NCBI RefSeq assembly: GCF_046119375.1
Contig: NW_027362761.1
Span: 480,252,001 to 480,316,000 of the forward strand
Direction: 5' to 3'
DNA length: 64,000 bases
Source of the DNA: Phyllobates terribilis
Taxonomy: Eukaryota
Part shown: one piece after another, positions 59,598 to 64,000 of the stretch
Numbering within the stretch: the first letter of the stretch is position 1
Layout of the letters: every line of letters begins with the position of its first letter
The notes under the pieces: generated by a model
Databases searched by the model: none
What the model saw: only the letters and a program-made list of their open reading frames with translations
What the model was told of the DNA's origin: nothing
Program-made: the position numbers and the translations under genes

Positions 59598-61511
59598 TAG
59601 GATAATCAGTATCTGATCAGTGGAAATCCAACTGCTGGGAACTCACAAGGAAGAGGCTTCAACAGTTTTTCCAAAGCACAGTATAGCTGCCTCCTGATGC
59701 TGTGCAGAGAATGAGGCCACGTTGTATTTTCTATACATCACCCGATTGTGAGCAGGAACCAAATCCACTTTACCAAAAGCTGTTCTGAAAGCAGCGGTGC
59801 CTTATTCTGGGGATTGTTGATGGTTCCAGAAGTCAGAACCTCTTACTGGTCAGATAGAGATTTTATATGCAATCTGTCAGCAAAAACTTAGGGTCCGTTT
59901 ACAAGAACTGACCTGCGTCACAATACAATCGCCATTTAGTCAACCTTTACTGATTGATGGTCATTTAATAGCCGGTTTGCACAGGCAGACTGAAGTAAAT
60001 GATGTGCAATTAGCAATCTGTGATAAGTCGTTCAGTGCACGTGAGCTGCCATGATTCTCGGCCGGGCGAGTCCAGATTACACAGGTGGATGCATCGCCGA
60101 GAAAGATGATCTTTTGCGCTGGGCAAAAGATAGTTTCATCTGACGAACAAGCATTCATTAGGTGATCGCAGCCTGTTATTAAGGAAATAATATAATAAAA
60201 AAAGCGCTTTTATGAACGTTACTTCACGAATATCTGTCAGTGTAAATGCAGCTTTAGGCTGAATTGAGACAAAAAAAGATTCTGCACCTAAAATCTGCTG
60301 CTAATTTCACTACGATACTTGTGAACTGAGTTTTAAAACCTCACATTGACACATAGTGGAAATATTCATTCCAAAAGAAAGAGAAGGTGGCAGATTATCA
60401 TTGTGGATTTCACTCCTTTCATGTAGAATTCATGGAAAATCCGCAGCACAATCCACATGAGAAGTTTGCTATAGAATTGTAGACTTGTGTCAGAAAAATT
60501 CTACCACTTCTGGACTTCACCTCAGACATCCATGTTAATTCTCATCCATAAAAAAACGGACTGATTTCCACCAGTGTTTTGGATCAGATTTTCATTAGAG
60601 GTTGTAAAAAAGAAAAAAAAAACAAAAAAAACAGATGAAGATTTCTCAAGCCTCTCCTATGAAACAGTCAACGAAAAGCAGACAGCACTAGTCTGGTCAC
60701 CAGCCAGGATGGCATCCACGCTCTGTGTGAGACCTGCATTTTATAGTTTGATCTGTGACTCCGATCAAAATCGGACAGGTGCTAATTTTTTCTTGTTGCA
60801 GACACTCTGTTTGCAAAAATCCACGGACGTGTGATGATGTGAACAGTTCTACAGATTAGAAAAACACAGATAGAACACGTATGTGAAAAACAGACGTCTG
60901 AATGAGGCCTTAGATTATTTTTGCACATCTTGGCTTTCTGCAGATGTCCACAGCAGGATGAGCCCCTTTGTCAGTTTTTGTTACGTGGCAGACTTTTTTT
61001 TTTTGTGCCACTGTTCACCGCAAAAATTTTCCATGAAACTATCCGTTCCATCCGCCATGTGTGACCGGGCTTTATAACGGCCCTAGACGTCTGTTGACCG
61101 ATTCCTCTGGTTTCTGCGGCCTCCACGGACAATGTTTGGCTACAGATACGGCAGGTTTCCTCCATAGTCTGCGGAGATTCCATTGTAGCCCATCAGATAG
61201 ATGATTTCTTCAAGATCAGCAGCACCAGACGTGAATCCTTGATGCTCGCCTCCGCCATGACAATAAGACATGTTCCATGATGCTGAAGTTGGTTTCTTAT
61301 GCAGCAACTTTTTTTTCCCCCCTCTTTTTTACAGGTTAAACAATGAAAATAAAAAAATCCCAATAATAAAATACAATGCAGCGAGGTTCCCTGATGTGAA
61401 TACACTTAAAAACAGCTACAAAAATGATAAAACTGGCACAAAAATGGGCATGGAAGGGCATTAAATTACTTTGGGCCACTGAGCTCACACCACCATTACA
61501 TAGGTAGTGAT

Positions 61512-61811
61512 TAGTGTTAAGCGAGTATGTTCTGTTAACCCTTTCGCAGAGTATGCTCGGGCCGAGCTCCGAGTATTTACAGCTGCTCGGTGATATGTTT
61601 GAATCACTCCCGTGTGCATGATTTGCAACTATTTGACAGTTTTATTACATGTGAGGAATGCTTATTTCTTACACCTTCCTCACATGTAATAAAGCTGTCA
61701 AACTGTTGCAAATCATGCACACGGGAGCAATTCAAACATATCACCGAGCAGCTGTAAATACTCGGAGCTCTGCCGAGCATACTCGGAACAGAACATACTC
61801 GCTCAACACTA
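61512..61811. mobile_element. hAT-family palindromic MITE
   Basis: TIR TAGTGTT(A/G)AGCG with an exact 8-bp TSD GTAGTGAT (61504-11, 61812-19). Confidence 0.9.
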
Positions 61812-62121
61812 GTAGTGATGCCCCATATCAAATTCCAATTACTCCATCCTGGCCCAAATGTGTTCTGGGTAGCAGACCTGGCATAAAAGTGAGAAAATAG
61901 CCAATTTTCACAGATTTAAATAAGTAACTGGTGTTTTTTAAAGTGTTAAATGACCTTGGGCCGCTGGTCTTATAACACCAGCACAAAACAGGAAGATCCA
62001 CATCAATATCAGTTTTCTTTCAGGCTGGCTGTAGTGGTTACTGATCAAAAAAAGCTGGCATCAAAGTTGGCAAATTGCAACTTTGTACTGATGTGAATAA
62101 ATTATTTGTTTTAAGAGTTAA

Positions 62122-62429
62122 AGGGGTTGTTCCGTCTTAAGCTAAAAGTCTGCAGTCTCTCTGTGACTGCAGACTTGTGAATCCTTACATTGCACGCACT
62201 GCTCATTGTGAGGATTCTCCAGTGCAGACGCCAGGAGCAGCGGGCGTGTAACCGCAAGTATGTGATCTGCATATTTTAAGCCACATTCTGACTAGACGTG
62301 TCTGGCCTCGTTCAATTCACTTGCATTGAGTCCTCACAATGAGCAGTGCGTTCGATGTAAGGATTCACAAGTCTGCAGTCACATACATAGAAAGACTGCA
62401 GACTTTTAGCTTAAGACGGAACAACCCCT
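62122..62429. mobile_element. TTAA-target palindromic MITE
   Basis: Long near-perfect inverted arms (aggggttgttccgtcttaagctaaaagtctgcagtc); TTAA at 62118-21 and 62430-33. Confidence 0.85.
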
Positions 62430-63143
62430 TTAACTCGTAAAACAAATAAGTGACGTGAAACCCCATCCACAATCCATCAATCGGGGAGAGCGCGGCATTG
62501 GGTCCCGCCTGCATGAATCCAGAACTTGACTTGACCTCAGCGGATGCCAGAGGAGGCTGCAACCGGAGGTCACATGATGCCTGTGAGCGATAGCGCCGCA
62601 CATAGGCAACAGTATGTATATACAAAAACACTTGTTTACAAGGGTTAAAGCGACAGGGCAGTATAGTATGCAGTGGACAACCTCTTTAACCCTTTCAATA
62701 ACGCCCTTCTGTGCCCACTTTGATGCTTATTTTTGTGGCAGTTCTATTATTTTTGTAGCTGTTTTTAACTGTATTCACATCAGGGATATCTCTGCATTGT
62801 ATTCTATTATTGTGATTTTTTACTTTTGTTTTTAAATCTGTAAAAAAACTGCTGAATAAAAAAGCAGCTCCAGCATCGTCCATGCTCCTAACATGTAATG
62901 TCTGCAAGCGGGGCAGCGGTGATGGGGTCACCTCAGGTGTAATCAGTCCCACCAATAACCAGACAGCGCTCTTCTTCTTAGCTCAGTGCATGTGTATGAG
63001 GGAGTGATGGGACTTGTAGTTCCACAGGTGTACACCAATATAACTGTTGAGCAGGCAGTGTATATAGGCGTAATGTCACCTCCTCCTCCTCCTCCTCCTC
63101 CAGCCCCGGCTGGTACACTGCAGACACAACTCCCGGTACTCAC

Positions 63144-63524
63144 CTCTGAACACAACAACGCCGCCTCCTGCTCAGTGCAGTAGCGGTAAACCGTCAGTAA
63201 CTGCTCACACCGCGAGCGCCCAACATCAACGTCACCGGCGCAGACAGAGCGCAGCTGATGGTGGTGAAGCCAGCGGCGCCATATTTGATGTGGGCATAAA
63301 TTTGCATAAATAATTCCTCTGTATAATCCTTATCGTAAATATTGTGATGTGGTAATTATGACGCTAGTGTGTTACTAATATCTTTTTAAGTGTACAGTAA
63401 TGATATACAGGCTGATGATGCTGGCCTCAGCTGTGACGTCTGTCGCCCCGCCTCCCGTATGTGTGAAGATACAGCGTGCGTTACCGGTGCTACACGTGAC
63501 CGAGCGAGATCATCGTGTGTGACC
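63144..63524. promoter_or_regulatory. Bidirectional RAD17/AK6(TAF9) promoter with a putative non-coding RAD17 first exon (~63144-63290, minus)
   Basis: CpG-rich. Minus-strand donor AG|GTGAGT (GT at 63142-43), YY1-like GCGGCGCCATATTT at 63273-86, octamer ATTTGCAT at 63300-07, CRE-like TGACGTC at 63434, CACGTGAC at 63493. Confidence 0.7.
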
Positions 63525-63552
63525 ATGAGGCGTCCCAATATCCTGCTGACGG
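63525..63552 (+). CDS. AK6: Adenylate kinase 6 (AK6/CINAP) first coding exon, MRRPNILLT(G)
   Basis: ACCATG start, 28 nt, then G|GTGAGT. Matches the recalled human MLLPNILLTG (start of the P-loop) and the known head-to-head synteny with RAD17. Confidence 0.8.
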
Positions 63553-63558
63553 GTGAGT

Positions 63559-64000
63559 GCTGCTGCCAAGAGAGCAGAGTGCACCCATATACTGCCCAGT
63601 ACCCAACCTACTGCTGCCAGGAGAGCAGAGTGCACCCATATACTGCCCAGTACCCAACCTACTGCTGCCAGGAGAGCAGAGTGCACCCATATACTGCCCA
63701 GTACCCAACCTACTGCTGCCAGGAGAGGAGAGCGCACTCATATACTGCCCAGTACCCAACCTACTGCTGCCAGGAGAGCAGAGTGCACCCATATACTGCC
63801 CAGTACCCAACCTACTGCTGCCAGGAGAGGAGAGCGCACCCATATACTGCCCAGTACCCAACCTACTGCTGCCAGGAGAGCAGAGTGCACCCATATACTG
63901 CCCAGTACCCAACCTACTACTGCCAGGAGAGCAGAGTGCACCCATATACTGCCCAGTACCCAACCTACTGCTGCCAGGAGAGCAGAGTGCACTCATATAC
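63559..64000. repeat. 51-bp minisatellite in AK6 intron 1 (runs off the window)
   Basis: Unit ctactgctgccaggagagcagagtgcacccatatactgcccagtacccaac, at least 8 copies. Confidence 0.97.

Noticed and set aside
63490-63996. 168-aa ORF with 17-aa repeats
   Set aside because: It is a translation of the 51-bp intronic minisatellite, antisense to AK6.
1-64000. Prokaryotic-style systems (operons, defence islands, phage)
   Set aside because: Spliced vertebrate genes and vertebrate TE families explain the window. The only phage-like domains (YR, Dam-like MT) belong to the DIRS retrotransposon.

Overview
This is eukaryotic, repeat-rich vertebrate genomic DNA, most likely an anuran (frog). The host is inferred from the transposon repertoire and the RAD17 sequence. 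The backbone is a complete, intact RAD17 gene on the minus strand: 16 coding exons at 17031-56246, every intron GT-AG with consistent phases, totalling 2037 nt = 678 aa + stop. It sits head-to-head with the first coding exon of AK6 (the AK6/TAF9 locus) at 63525, across a bidirectional promoter. Almost everything else is mobile or repetitive DNA. A degenerate DIRS1-type tyrosine-recombinase retrotransposon keeps its full ITR/ICR terminal architecture (11203-16523). A young, full-length Tf1/sushi-type chromovirus LTR retrotransposon (20804-27145, 5-bp TSD) has an apparent self-priming PBS and a GGGAAAC -1 frameshift with a candidate pseudoknot. A 9.8-kb hAT DNA transposon (41441-51244, exact 8-bp TSD) has an interior patchwork containing an 18S rDNA fragment, an internal L1 piece split by a solo LTR, a DD37E Tc1 and duplicated pieces of itself. 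There are also several Tc1/mariner copies, L2/CR1 fragments, many MITEs and two large minisatellites. The very long ORFs at 800-4400 are repeat artefacts. I cannot claim a new gene system. The strongest leads are the rDNA-carrying composite hAT, the self-priming/frameshifting chromovirus and a candidate spliceosomal intron in DIRS gag. All coordinates, counts and homologies were read by eye or recalled from known families; no database search was run.
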